In this document: positions 45,338 through 58,329 of the stretch, piece by piece
How positions within the stretch are numbered: position 1 is the first letter of the stretch
Layout: each line of letters begins with the position of its first letter
Origin: Malacoraja senta
Lineage: Eukaryota
Assembly (NCBI GenBank): GCA_038087875.1
Contig: CM075994.1
Location: 806,001 to 870,000, forward strand
Direction of reading: 5' to 3'
Length of the DNA: 64,000 nucleotides
The notes under the pieces: model-generated
What the model was told of the DNA's origin: nothing
The model's database searches: none
The model's input: only the letters and a program-made list of their open reading frames with translations
Translations under genes and position numbers: made by a program

Positions 45338-48262
45338 TGTTCTTTAATCTGGTTGATCACAAACTTTGTTCTCATTGGGTCCATTCGAAGCGGGGAGAAA
45401 TCTCGTCTGCACGGAGTAAATAACATAAATTGCAGTCACTGAATTCACTGTTTCACAACGAGACACGAAATGGAATATTATTTCAATGTTTCTATAGAGA
45501 ATAGACGCAGGAGTGGGCCATTCGGTCCGTCGTGCTAGCACCGCCATTCAATGTGACCATGGCTGATCATCCCCAATCAGTACTCCGTTCCTGCCTTCTC
45601 ACCATATCCCCTGACTCCGCTATCTTTAAGAGCCTGAACTAGCTTAATCTTGACAGTATCCAGAGAACCAGCCTCCACAGGCAGAGAATTCCACAGAATC
45701 ACAGCTCTCTGTGTGAAAAGGTGTTTTCTCATCTCCGTTCTAAATGGCTTACCCCTCAGTCTTAAACTGTGGCCCCTGGATCTGGACTCCCCCAACATGT
45801 GTCCTGCCTCTAGCATGTCCAAACCCTTAATAATCTTATATGTTTCAATAAGATCCCCTCTCATCTAAATTCCAGAGTATACAAGCCCAGCCGCACCATT
45901 CTCTCAGCATATGACAGTCCCGCCATCCCGGGAATTAACCTTGTATACCTACGCTGCACTCCCTCAATAGCAAGAATTTCCTTCCTCAAATAAGGGGACC
46001 AAAACTGCTCACAATACACCAGGTGTCGTCTCACTAGTGCCCAGTACCACTGTAGAAGGACCTCTTTGCTCCTATACTCGACTCCTCTTGTCATGACTAG
46101 AGAACACACTGAGTCATGTGGATATCCCAAAAGCTTTTGAAGGTGTACAATTCATCAATACATTAAAACACGATGCCAGTTCGTACCTGTTGTCAATCTA
46201 TTTATGTTCCCTACCTTTGAACTCCGCTCCTTGAGGTTTCAGAAGACGATAGGCAGACCATTTGACATGCTCGCTGTTATTACCATTATACATCCAATAC
46301 ATACAGACTTGCCATTAATACATTTGGCGTCACTAACTTTTAGTTTTAGCTTCGTTTAGTTTAGTTTAGTTTAGAGATGCAGCGCGGAACAGGCCCTTCG
46401 CCCCACCGAGTCCGTGCCGACCAACGATCCCCGCACGTTGACACGATCCCGCACACACTAGGGACAATTTACATTTCTACCAAGCCAATTAACCTACCTA
46501 CCTGTACGTCTTTGGAGTGTGGGAGGAAACCGAACATCTCTGGCGCAGGTCAAGGGGAGAACTTACAGACAGCACCCATAGTCGGAATCTAACCTCGGCC
46601 CCGTAGATGATGTTGGAGGAGATGCCAGTCAACCTCTGCCTCATCTGCATTTGCACCTCCTCGCCCCGACAGTCTTTTCAGGTGAGGCAGAAGTTCACTT
46701 GCATCTCCTACAACCTCATCTACTGTATCCGCTGTCCCAGGTGTGAACCTCCGCACATCGGCGAGACGAAGCGCAGGCTCGGCGATCGTTTTGTTGAACA
46801 CCTCCGCTCAGTCCGTCATAACCGTCTTAAGTTTAAGCAATTTAAGTATCCTTTATTGTCATTTAGACATTTCAGTCTGAGCGAAATTGTATACCTTGCA
46901 GTCATAACATAGAATAAAATAACAAAACACACAGTTAACATAGTTTAACATTCACCACAGTGAGTCTACCAGGCACCTCCTCATTGTGATGGAAGGCAAA
47001 AATCTTAAAGTCCTTGTAATTTCCCTCCTCGTCTCCCTCTACTTTGAGGCGATCCAGGCTTCCGGTGTTGGGCCTCCCAGCGGCTGCAACCGAGCTCCGC
47101 GAACGGGCTGGTTCAAACACCGTGGCCCGGGGCGGTCGAAGCTGCCGAAGCTGCCACCCACCAGTCCAGCGGACGAAGCTGACGTTGCGGGAGCTCCGGA
47201 GAATCGGTCACCAACCTGGGACCTGCGAGCTCCCGACGTTATCGTCCACTGGGCCCGCGGCCGAGCCTCCGAGTCTGCGAAGTCGGGTCCCCGCCACCAC
47301 AGCCCCGAAATCGGCCAGCCTCGCGATGGTAAGTCCTGGCTCTGCCTCCGGAGCCTCGAGGTCGGTCCCTGTTGGAGGCCGGCAGCTCCGCGATTAGGCC
47401 TCAGCGCAGACGGAGACGGAGACGGGGGATACGACAAGAAAAGGTCGCACCCCCCCCCCCCCCGCCCGATGGAGGAGACTAAAGACAATTTCTCCCATTC
47501 CCCCCACACATACACAACTAAAATAAACGAAATAAACTAAACAACAGGACAAAAGAAACAAAAAAAAAAGAAAAGACAAACGGACTGCAGGTGAGCCGCA
47601 GCTGCTTGGGCAGCGCCGCCGCTTCCGGACATCGAAATCTGATAGAGAATAGACCAAGGGTCACCAAAATGGTAGATAGTAGTTCAGGGCTGCTCTCTGG
47701 TTATGGTAGGGTGTATCAATTGCCTGATAACAGCTGGGAAGAAACTGTGCCTGAATGTGATGATGTGCCTTTTCAGATCAAGTTTCAGATCAAGTTTCCG
47801 ATCTTTATCACTCAACTAACCTAAAATAAACGAATCAAAACTAAACTATACTCGACTAGAATAGACTAAACTAAACTAAACTAAATTAAACTAAACTAAC
47901 TTGGCTAAATTAAATTAAACGAAACATAATGAAATGGAACAAAACAAAACTAAACTAGATTAATGATAACATAACTAATTAAAGCAAACTAATACACTAC
48001 AGTAAACAAACTAAAGCAAACTAACTAAATTAAATTAACTACAGCACACTAACTACACTAAACTAGTGCTGTAATGACTGTGGTTGTGAGTGCAATGTTA
48101 TCTCTGAGGATCATTAAGTCTCATTAGTGCTGGTTTGCGAACCCTTGCGTTGAATATTTGCTCTGGCTAATGACATGGATGTCGCAATAAACCATCTGCT
48201 CACGTATAAATTATTCCGTTTCCAAAGCACCCCATTCACAGAGCGCCTCCTTTCACCAGAGG

Positions 48263-51200
48263 ATGGGAACCTACCCACTTCACATCGAGATCTTCTACCC
48301 GATTATTGCAGTCATTGGTGTGCCTGGTAAGTCATTTCATTTAATGTAGCGGTGGTTTTCTCTCCGTCCCTCCCCCACCCTAGTTGTCGTACTAGTTTCA
48401 CTGTCGTCTTATTGAGTTTCACTGTCTGTATAACTCGTTATCACCTAGCCCTCATCCATCAATGGGCCATCATGGGCTCTCCATTTCCTTGATCATCGTT
48501 ACTTTATGCATAGCTTTCATTCATTTGCTCTTTATCTCTCTCTATCACCGACTATATCTCTCGTTTTCTTTTCTCCTTACTGGTCTGAAATGAAGGTCTC
48601 GACCCGAAATGTCACATTCCTTCTTTCCAGAGATGCTGTCTGACCCACTGAGTTAATCCAGCATTTTTGTGACCAGAATGATGCCTGCTTTTGCGGGAAT
48701 CGGCTACAAGGAGAAGTCGGACAGACTTGGATTGCTTTCTCTGGAATACCAGAGGTTGGAGACCTTCTATGTCTCTTCATTGTTTTTGGCTGCAGTTGAT
48801 TTCTCTGCATCCATTGTGCCAGTCAGTAGTCAGAGTCAGGGCAACGGTGAGATTGTTCACTTTTGTGCTCTTGGTTTCAATGCTAAGGGAAGACGGATTG
48901 CTTCTAACATTGGGCAGGTAGTCGCTGGTCTGGGCAGACCCGACGGGCCGAACGGCCTGTTTTCACGTTGGTCCTGTTATTGTCTAAAATTAGGTGTAGC
49001 ACCGTGGCGCAGAGGGAGAGTTGCTGCCTCACATCGCAAAAGACCTGGGTTCAGTCCTGACCTCGGGTGTTGTGTATGGCCTGGATGGAGTGAATGTGAA
49101 GAGCCCGTCAAGTCTACTGTAACATTCAGTCATGGCTGATCTATCTTCCCCTGATCACCCCCATTCTCCTGCCTTTTCCCCCTATCCTTTAACAACCTTA
49201 TTGATCAAGAACCTGTCAATCTACGGTTAAGAAATACCCAAATGTCTTGGATCGTATTCAGTTCAGTTGAATTTAGTTCATTATCACGTGTACCGAGGTA
49301 CAGTGAAAAGCGTTTGTTGCGTGCTAACCAGTCAGCGGAAATACAATACATGTTTACAATCGAGCCATTTCCAGTGTACAGATACATGATAAGGGAATGA
49401 CGTTCAGTGCAAGATAAAGCCATCAAAGTCCGGTCACACATGGTCCGTGTGCCACCAATGAGGTAGAAAGTTGTTCAGGACTGCTGAAATTCTGGTTACA
49501 TTTATTGCCGTTCCCTACAGATGCAGTCCCCTACGCCTCTATCCCATTTCCCTCTTGCTTCTCGCCGTTGTGTGTTTCCTTACAGCCAACTTGATGTCCT
49601 TGGTGATCCTATTTCGAGGAAAGTGCGTTCTCTCCAAAGACATCACCTGCTACATGATGGCCATAGCGATGGGTGATCTCATGGTGTTGGTCTTCAACGT
49701 CATAGTCAGCCAGATAGTCAGGTACGTACTGGATACCTGCTCCAACCTCATCTACTGCATGTGTAGGAAGGAACTGCAGATGCTGGTTTACGCCGAAGAT
49801 AGACACAAAATGCTGGAGTAACGCGGCGGGACAGGCAGCATCTGCGGATAGAAAGAATGGGTGACGTTTCGGGTCGAGAGCCTTCTTCAGACTGAGAGTC
49901 AGTGGAGGGGGACACGCAGAGATATGAAAAGGAAAGGTGTGAAAACGAGACATCAATGGGACGCTGATACCATACAATACGACAGAACTTTACTAATCCC
50001 AGGAGGGAAAGTATTCTGCTAACAGTCATAAAAAAACAAGATACATTAAATTAAAGTGACGAATGGAAAGGTTTGGGGATGTGCAAAGATTTGGGAAGGG
50101 GGGTGGGGGGTGAAGAGGTATTCTGATCAAGGGAAAAGTAGAATGGACCATTGTTAGCTCGGGGAAGTGGACAACAAAGCAAAGAGAGATACATATTTAA
50201 TCAAAGGGACAGTCAGACTGGTCGGGGAATTAGGATGCGATGGAGAGAGAGGAAAAGCAAGGGTCACTTGGAGTTAGAGAAGTCAAGCTGGGGTGTAAGC
50301 TGCCCAAGCGAAACACGAGGTGCTGTTGCTCCTGTTTGCGCTGGGCCTCACTCTGACAATGGAGGAGGCCCCTGAAAGAATGGGTAGGTGTGCGAATGGG
50401 AGGAGGAGTAAAAGTGTTTGGCCACCGGGAGATATCCCAGTTCCCGATGTGGCGTCCTGGACATCGGCAAGACAATGTGTAGACTGGGCGAAAATTTCGC
50501 CGAACACTTGCGCTCGGTCCGCCAAGACCTGCTGGATCTCCCGGTTTTTAACCATTCCCTTCCCGTTACCACACTGACCTTTTTTTTTTAAAAATCCTGG
50601 GCCTCCTTCACTGCCAGAGTGAGGCCACACGCAAACTGGAGGAACAGCATCTTACAACCCAACGGTATGAACATTGAATACTCCGATTTTAGGTAACGTT
50701 TCACCAACCTCCCCCAAAGCCCATTCCATTCTACCCCATACCACCCCTCTCTCTTCCCACGCCTCCCCGCTCCTGTTCCCTGCACAGCACTAAAGACCTG
50801 GGTTCGACTCTGACTTTGGTGTGTCTGTGTGTAGTGTGAACATTCTGCCTGTGACTGCGTGGGTTTTATCCGGATGCTCCGGATTGCTCCCACACTCCAC
50901 TGGTCTGATTGCAAAAGTTAGAGGAAACCTTGGGCACCCGGAGAATACCCACGATGTCACGGGGAGAACGGCCAATCTCCGGGCAGACTGCACCCGTAGT
51001 CAGAATCGAACCCGGGGCTCTGGCAGCAACTCTACCGCTGCGCCACCATGCCGACCCGCTGCGTTATTCCAGCGTTTTGTGTTTATCTTTCCTCCATTTG
51101 CTGCCTGACCCGCTGAGTTACATCCAGCGTTTTGTATCCATTTTTCTTTCCAGAGCCGCTGCCTGACCCGCTGAGTCACCCCGACGTTACTTGTCCTTTC

Positions 51201-51992
51201 AGGTACCACTTCCTCGGGTCTCCGCTCCGTTACACGCCCGTGTGCCGGCTCAGTGCCTACCTGCAAGGCTTCAGTTTCCAGCTCAATACCTGGTTCACCG
51301 TGTCCTTCACGTGTGACCGTTTCGTGGCTATCTGTTGCCGGAAGCTGAGGCGCACGTAATGCACCGAGAGAACGGCGGCCATAGTGCTAGCGGCGGTAGG
51401 AATGGTCAGTGTGTTGACGAACGCGCCCTTGCCTCTCCGCTACCGGCCCTGTCACACCGTTCACCGTGTGGCCTACGGTTGCTGCCCTGTGCCGGGTCAC
51501 ATGGAATCCCCGCAGTAGTCCGTCCATCGCTGGACCTCCAACCTCCTCAACACCTTCCTCCCCATCCCCGCCCTGCTGCTGCTGAATTCGCTGACCGCCA
51601 GACACATCCTAGGGGCCAGCAGGGCCCGACTGGCCTTGAAGGGCTCTTGCCAGGGGGGCGGGGGCGACGACCCCGAGATCAGGAGCCGGAGGGCTTCGGT
51701 CGCCCTGCTGTTCACCGTCTCCGGGAGCTTCGTGGCGCTGGCCCTTCCCATCACGGTGATCCACGCCTGGGTCGGGGTGAGCGGGAGGGTGATGTTCCGC
51801 GGCCCCCGCTCGCTGTACGCGGCCGTGCAAGTCGCGATGTTGCTGAAGTGCCTCGGTTCCTGCACAAACACCTGTGTGTACGCGCTCACCCAGAGCAGGT
51901 TCAGAGCGCAGTTGAAAGCCCTGCCCACATCCCCCTTCGCTGCTCTGTGCATAGGTGTTAAGGTGAGGGGGAAAGATGTACGAGGAACCTGA
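48263..51992 (+). pseudogene. GPR139/GPR142-like GPCR, copy E; two premature stops in exon 3
   Basis: Exons 48263-48326, 49586-49721 and 51203-51992. TAT>TAA at 51357-51359 and TGG>TAG at 51516-51518. Confidence 0.88.
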
Positions 51993-52772
51993 GGGGTACC
52001 CTTCAGCCAAACTTGCTCACAATGGCCACCATGCTCCGTCTACACTAGTCCCACCTGCCTGCATTTGGTCCATATCCCTCCAAACCTGTCCGATCAATGT
52101 ACGTGTATAAATGTTTCTTAAACGTTGTGATAATTAACCCTATGTCCTGCACTTAGAACTTGGAACTTAGCACTGGAACACAATGTCCGTGCCACAATGA
52201 CCGTGCCCAACACGATGGCAAGATCATCTAATCTCTATGTTGCCGCGTGGGTTTCCTCTCGGTGCTGCATTTCCTTCCACACCCTAAACATTTTGTAGGA
52301 TAATTGGACTCTCCAAATTGCCCATTAGAGTATAGGGAGTTCTCCTCTCTCCCCTTTTCTCCCCTCTCCCATCGTGCAAAATGTAAAGAAATATGAAAAC
52401 ACACACCTCAAGTTGCAGGGATAGTTTCTTCCCAACTGTTATCAAGAAACTGAAGCATCCTACCACAACCAGTGAGCAGTGCTAAATTACTATCTACCTC
52501 ATTGGTGACCGTCGGACTATTTTATACCGGAATTTACTGGATTAACCTTGCACGAAACGTTATTCCCTTATCATGTATCTGTACAATGTGGACGGCTGGA
52601 TTGTAATCATGTATTGTCTTTCCGCTGACTGGTTAGCACGCAACAAAAAGTTTTAACTGTACCCCCGTACACGTGACAACAAACAAAACGAAATGATTCC
52701 TACTGTGTGCTTCTACTAGGGTGACAGATAGACTCTTTTATTGTTCCAGATTAAAATAAAACATGAATTGGA

Positions 52773-53278
52773 TCATCATTGAACCATTGAATCATTGAAC
52801 CATTGAATCATTCAACCATTCAGCTATTGAACCATTGAATCGTTGAACCAGTCAGCCATTGAACCATTGAATAATTGAACCATTGAGCCATTATAACCAT
52901 GATAACAATTACAGCACGGAAACAGGCCATTTCGGCCCTTCTAGTCCGTGCCGAACACTTACTCTCACCTAGTCCCATCTACCTGCACTCAGACCATGAG
53001 CCATTGAACCGTTGAGCCATTGAACGAATGAGCCATTGAGCCATTGAATCGTTGAATCGTTAAATCAGTGAACCATTGAACTATTGAGCCATTGAACTAT
53101 AGAACTATTGAGCCTTTGAATCACTGAATCATTGAACCATTGGAACCATTGAACCATTGAATCATTGAACATTGAACGATTGAGCCATTGAGCCATTGAA
53201 CGATTGGACCATTGATCCATTGGACCATTGAATCATTGAATCATTGAACCATTGAACCAATGAACCATTGAGCCATTT
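52773..53278. repeat. Octamer satellite, unit E
   Basis: Direct reading; shortest array. Confidence 0.95.
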
Positions 53279-53414
53279 GTCCTTTAATCTGGTTGATCAC
53301 AAACTTTGTTCTCATTAGGTCCATTCGAAGCGGGGAGAAATCTCGTCTGCACGGAGTAAATAAACTGCAGTCACTTAATTCACTGTTTCACAACGGGACA
53401 CGGAATGGAATCTA

Positions 53415-54072
53415 TGGAGAATAGACGCAGGAGTGGGCCATTCGGCCCTTCGAGCTAGCACCGCCATTCAATGTGATCATGGCTGATCATCCACAATCAT
53501 TACCCCGTTCCTGCCTTCTCACCATATCCCCTGACTCCGCTATCTTTAAGAGCCCGGTCTAGCTCCCTCTTGACAGTATCCAGAGAACCAGCCTCCACCG
53601 CCCTCTGAGGCAGAGAATTCCACAGAATCACAACTCTGTGTGAAAAGGTGTTTTCTCATCTCCGTTCTAAATGGCTTACCCCTCATGCTTAAACTGTGGC
53701 CCCTGGTTCTGGACTCCCCCAACATCGAGGACATGTGTCCTGCCTCTAGCTTGTCCAAACCCTTAATAATCTTATATGTTTCAATAAGATCCCCTCTCAT
53801 CCTAAATTCCAGAGTATACAAGCCCAGCCGCACCATTCTCTCAGCATATGACAGTCCCGCCATCCCGGGAATTAACCTTGTAAACCTACGCTGCACTCCC
53901 TCAATAGCAGGAATGTCCTTCCTCAAATTAGGGGACCAAAACTGCTCACAATACTCCAGGTGTGGTCTCACTAGTGCCCTGTACAACTGCAGAAGGACTT
54001 CTTTGCTCCTATACTCGACTCATCTTGTTAGGAAGGCCAACATGCCATTCGCTTTCTTCACTGCCTGCTGTA
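53415..54072 (-). mobile_element. CR1-type LINE 3' fragment, less deleted terminal version
   Basis: VQQAVKKANGMLAF..YRALVRPHLEYC..RGDLIETYKI..TRGHSL. Confidence 0.88.
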
Positions 54073-54720
54073 CTTCAACGTATAATTTAGATTTTTTTTT
54101 TATTACTTTAATCAGTAAAAGTCGAGAAATATAGCATAAAATGTTGAGTGAAAGTTGTCTGTGCATAGAGGGTAAAATGTGAATCAGAATATGTACAAAT
54201 CTAGTGAAATTTGGCATTTTTAAGGCTTTAATCGCAAATAACATGTCAAATATAGGATGAAATATTCACTGAGGCTTATCACTGCGAGCAGAGCCATTGT
54301 GACGTCATCAGTTAAAGCTGGTGGTTTTCATTTCAAAGTCTTTTGTCTTTTTTAGACTTTTCATCAGTAACGAGTCGAGATTAAGTCGAGAACTAAAGCA
54401 TAAAATGTTCAGATAATGTGTTTCTGGCCTCGACGGGAAATATGTCAATCATGATATGTAAAAATGTTATCGTTACCGCATAGTGTTTTTGCGAAGATGT
54501 AAAGACAACCACATAAACACACACATATACACACTTACAAGATCAGACTTTTAATAAGTATATGATATATGATATGGTATAGATGTATGTATGTATATGC
54601 ATCTATAAATATATATACTTACATATATATATAAAAGTTAAATATAAATATATATATAATATATGCGTGCGCGTTTTTGTATCTTCGCCAAAAAGCGATG
54701 ACATTTTTACAGAATATCTA

Positions 54721-54988
<268 letters not shown>

Positions 54989-55694
54989 CGTTCACACACA
55001 TTGAACTTTTTTTCTCATTCATTATATTGTGTACAGAATACTAGAGTATGTTTATATATTCCGTTGTGCTGCTGCAAGTAAGAATTTCATTAGTCTGCCT
55101 CGGACATATGACAAGAAAAACACTCTCTGTCTTACAGTATTTCCTGAGATTTATCACACTATATTTTGAAAGAGTCATAGAGTCCGACTACAAAGAAACA
55201 TTTTTTTGGCCCATCTATCCCTTGTCCCCCTGCACTACTCCCATTTGAACGATATCCCCCTACTCCAATCCACATACCTGTCCAACTGTCTTTTAAATGC
55301 TGTTATAGTACATGCCTCAAAAATCTCCTCTAACAGCTCATTCCATATACCCGCCACCCTCTGTGTGGAAAGGTTGCCCATCAGGTGATCGCTGGTCGGC
55401 GCGGACACGGTGGGCCGAAAGGCCTATTTCCATGCTGTATCACTAAACTAAACTAAACTAAATTTGTCTTTAACATTTTGGAATCGAATGAAAGCACCGT
55501 CGTGGAAAATCAAATTTTATTGTCATTTCTGATTGGAAGGCAGCGGGCTTTGTCAAACAGGGTGAGTGAAAAAAATAAAGACTTTACAAACACAAACGTG
55601 TCAGGAAAGAAGATGCAGAAACATCGAACTTAGCAAATTGTTATTAGAGGAGTCGGCATTTTCCACGCATTAAAGTCGAGCCACAGGGTTAAAC

Positions 55695-56470
55695 TGGAGG
55701 GAGGGCGGCACTGCGGGGGCTGGAGGGTCAGGAGGTGGTTGAGTGTGCTGGACGAGGGGAGGGGGGGGGGGAGGGATGTGGAGAGAGGTGGTTGAGTGTG
55801 CTAGAAAAGGGAGGGAGGGATGTGGGGCGTTCGAGGAAGGGGAAGGGAGAGGTAGAGGGTGAGGAGGAGGATGGGAGGGCGGGGGAGAGACGGTCCGGGA
55901 GGATGTTGGGGGGAGGTGAAGGGGGGGGAGGGAGAGGTAGAAGGAGGGGGTGGAGGGAAAAGGAGGGACATGGAATTTAGAGGGAGAGTGGGTGTTAGAC
56001 GGTTAATGGGGAGGGGTGGTTAGAGGGAGGGCAGGTCGTGGAAGGAGGGAAGGAGGAGCGTTGGGAGGGGGAGAGATGGGTAGGGGGTCTGAGCGATCTG
56101 GGGAGGTAGAGGGAGGGAGATGGAATTAAGTGGAGGAGAGGTGGGGGAGGAGGGGAGAGTGGTGGGAGTTTGGGGGAGGGGTGAGAGAGTGGTGGAGGGA
56201 TGTGGAGTGAGTTGGAGGGTGGGAAAGGGAGGGTGTGGGTGATGGAGTTACAGTTAGGTCGTTCTACCTCCTCCCCGTCCCACCTATACAGAGAGGGAGA
56301 GGGGGCAGCACAGAACGGTGTGTTGAGGGAAGGCTAAATGTAGACATTGACTCTACACCCACCCCTCCACCCTCTGCCCCCACCCACACCCCTCCATCCC
56401 CTGCCCCCACCCCAACCCCCCCCCCCACCTCCCCACAATCCCCTTCCCCATCCCCTTCCCCACCCCTCAC
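55695..56470. repeat. Low-complexity G/A-rich tract followed by a C-rich tract
   Basis: Purine/G-run tract 55695-56240 and C-run tract 56355-56470. Confidence 0.9.
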
Positions 56471-56489
56471 ATTCATTGCTCATATTTAA

Positions 56490-56802
56490 CGGGCGGCACG
56501 GTGGCACAGCGGTAGAGTTGCTGCATCACAGCGCCAGAGACCCGGGTTCGATCCCGACTACGGGTGATGTCTGTACGGAGATTGTCCGTACTCCCCGTGA
56601 CCTGCTTGAGTTTTTTCCGAGTGCTCCGGTTTCTTCCCACACTCCAAAGACGTACAGGTTTGTAGGTTGATTTGCTTCTGTAAATTATAAATTATCCCAA
56701 GTGTGTGTAGGATTGTGTTAATGTGCGGGGATCGCTGGTCGGTGTGGACTCGATGGACCGAAGGGCTGTTTCCGAGCTGTATCGCTTAACTAAACTGAAC
56801 TA
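56490..56802 (+). mobile_element. Full-length tRNA-derived SINE (elasmobranch HE1/V-SINE-like)
   Basis: A box TGGCACAGCGG, B box GGTTCGATCCC, conserved body, CR1-like 3' end and CTAAA tail. Confidence 0.85.
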
Positions 56803-57231
56803 ATTTCGAAACAAGTGAATTTCTGTGGGCCGTAGATGGATTTGCAAAGAAGCGAATTTCAGGCAGGTGGAACGATGCGATGCTGTTTTATCAAGAGTTT
56901 GTTTTCTGCGGGAATTGGATGATCACAAAGCAGCCTCGTGCTGAAGAGGAAGGAGTTACAGCTTTGAGAATGGTCCTGCAAGCAGCCTGTTCAAAGATAA
57001 TTAAAATATATATTAGTACCATGATACACCCTGATGTAAATGCACCTCCCTGGTTAACTCATTCCTTCCCATCAAAATCACCTCCTCCCCAGGTACCTTC
57101 CAATGCAACTGCAGGAGATGCAACACCTGTTGTGCTTGGGACGGCACGGTGGCGCAGTGGTAGAGTTGCTGCCTTACATCGCTTACAGCCCCTTTCACTT
57201 TAAACCTACATCCTATCCATGTACGTGTCTG

Positions 57232-57502
57232 GTTTAGTTTAGTTTAGTTTATTGTCATGTGTACTGAGGTACAGTGAAAAGCTTTTGTTGCGTGCGAACC
57301 AGTCAGCAGAAAGATATTACAATTGATCTATTTACAGTGTACAGATACATGATAAAGGAATAGCGTTTAGTGCAAGGTAAAGTCAGCAAAGTCTGACCAA
57401 GGATAGTCTGAGGGTCATCAGAGAGTTAGATAGTAGTTCAGGACTGCTCTCTGGTGTGGTGGGATGGTTCAGTTGCCTGATAACAGCTGGGAAGAAACTG
57501 CT
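57232..57502 (-). mobile_element. Rex1-like LINE 3' fragment
   Basis: SFFPAVIRQLN plus a 3' UTR with a (CTAAA) tail on the minus strand. Confidence 0.7.
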
Positions 57503-57858
57503 TCTTAAATGCTTCTTAAACGTTGCAATAGTACCTGACTCAAATACCTCCTCCGGCAGCTCATTCCACCCACCCACCACCCTTTGCGTGAAGAAATTAC
57601 CCCTCAGATTCCTATTAAATCCTTCCCCCCTCATCTTAAACCTATGTCCCCTGGTTCTCGATTCCCATACTCGGCAGGAGACTGTGCGTTTACAAGATCT
57701 ATTGCTTTCATGATTTGGTACACCTCTATAAGATCATCCCTCATCCTCCTGCATTCCAAGGAATGAAGTCCTAACCTGCCCAACCTCCCCCTATAGCTTA
57801 GGCCGTCGAGTCTTGGCAGCATCCTCGTAAATCTTCTCTGTAAACCTTTTCCAGCTAA
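57503..57858 (-). mobile_element. CR1 3' fragment
   Basis: RMLPRLDGLSYRGRLGRLGLHSLECRRMRDDLIEVY and LRGNFFTQRVVGGWNELP. Confidence 0.85.
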
Positions 57859-58329
57859 AATGTAAATTTAGTACAACATGCTTGTTATGACATGATTCTG
57901 GACCGGGTACACATTACCTTAAAGTTCATCCATCATGTGATGGTCGTGATTGGCCCGACATTTTTTCAAGGAGGAGGTGAACGTTTCGAAGGCGCACGTG
58001 AGCTCATCTACAGAGGAAGTGAAATAAGAGACAGCATCATTGCAGAAGCCAAGTGCATCCAACACAATTAATGTCATCCATCTTTCAATGGTGGTCACAA
58101 ATAGCAGGAATAACTCAGCGGAACAGGCAGCATGTCTGAAGGGAAGGGATGGGTGACGTGTCGTGTTGTGACCCTTTCCCATGCATTTTTGAGATACATT
58201 GTGGACCCAGCCTCATGCAGCCACAAATAGTGCCAAACTCCCCCACCCCCCGGCCCACTCCCTACACCTCCCCCACTCCCCATCTATCTTGATCCCAAAT
58301 CCAGCACTCCTTCACGATAACTCTCACCA

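Larger units (their letters stand above)
27436..46095 (+). repeat. Segmental duplication unit D (~18.7 kb including Rex1 and L1)
   Basis: Junction-to-junction copy carrying two LINE insertions. Confidence 0.9.
46096..54030 (+). repeat. Segmental duplication unit E (~7.9 kb, terminal)
   Basis: Same unit without the LINE insertions. Its CR1 fragment continues past the junction point into unique sequence. Confidence 0.9.

Noticed and set aside
56490..56565. tRNA gene
   Set aside because: The A and B boxes continue directly into a SINE body and tail, and I could not see a complete cloverleaf.
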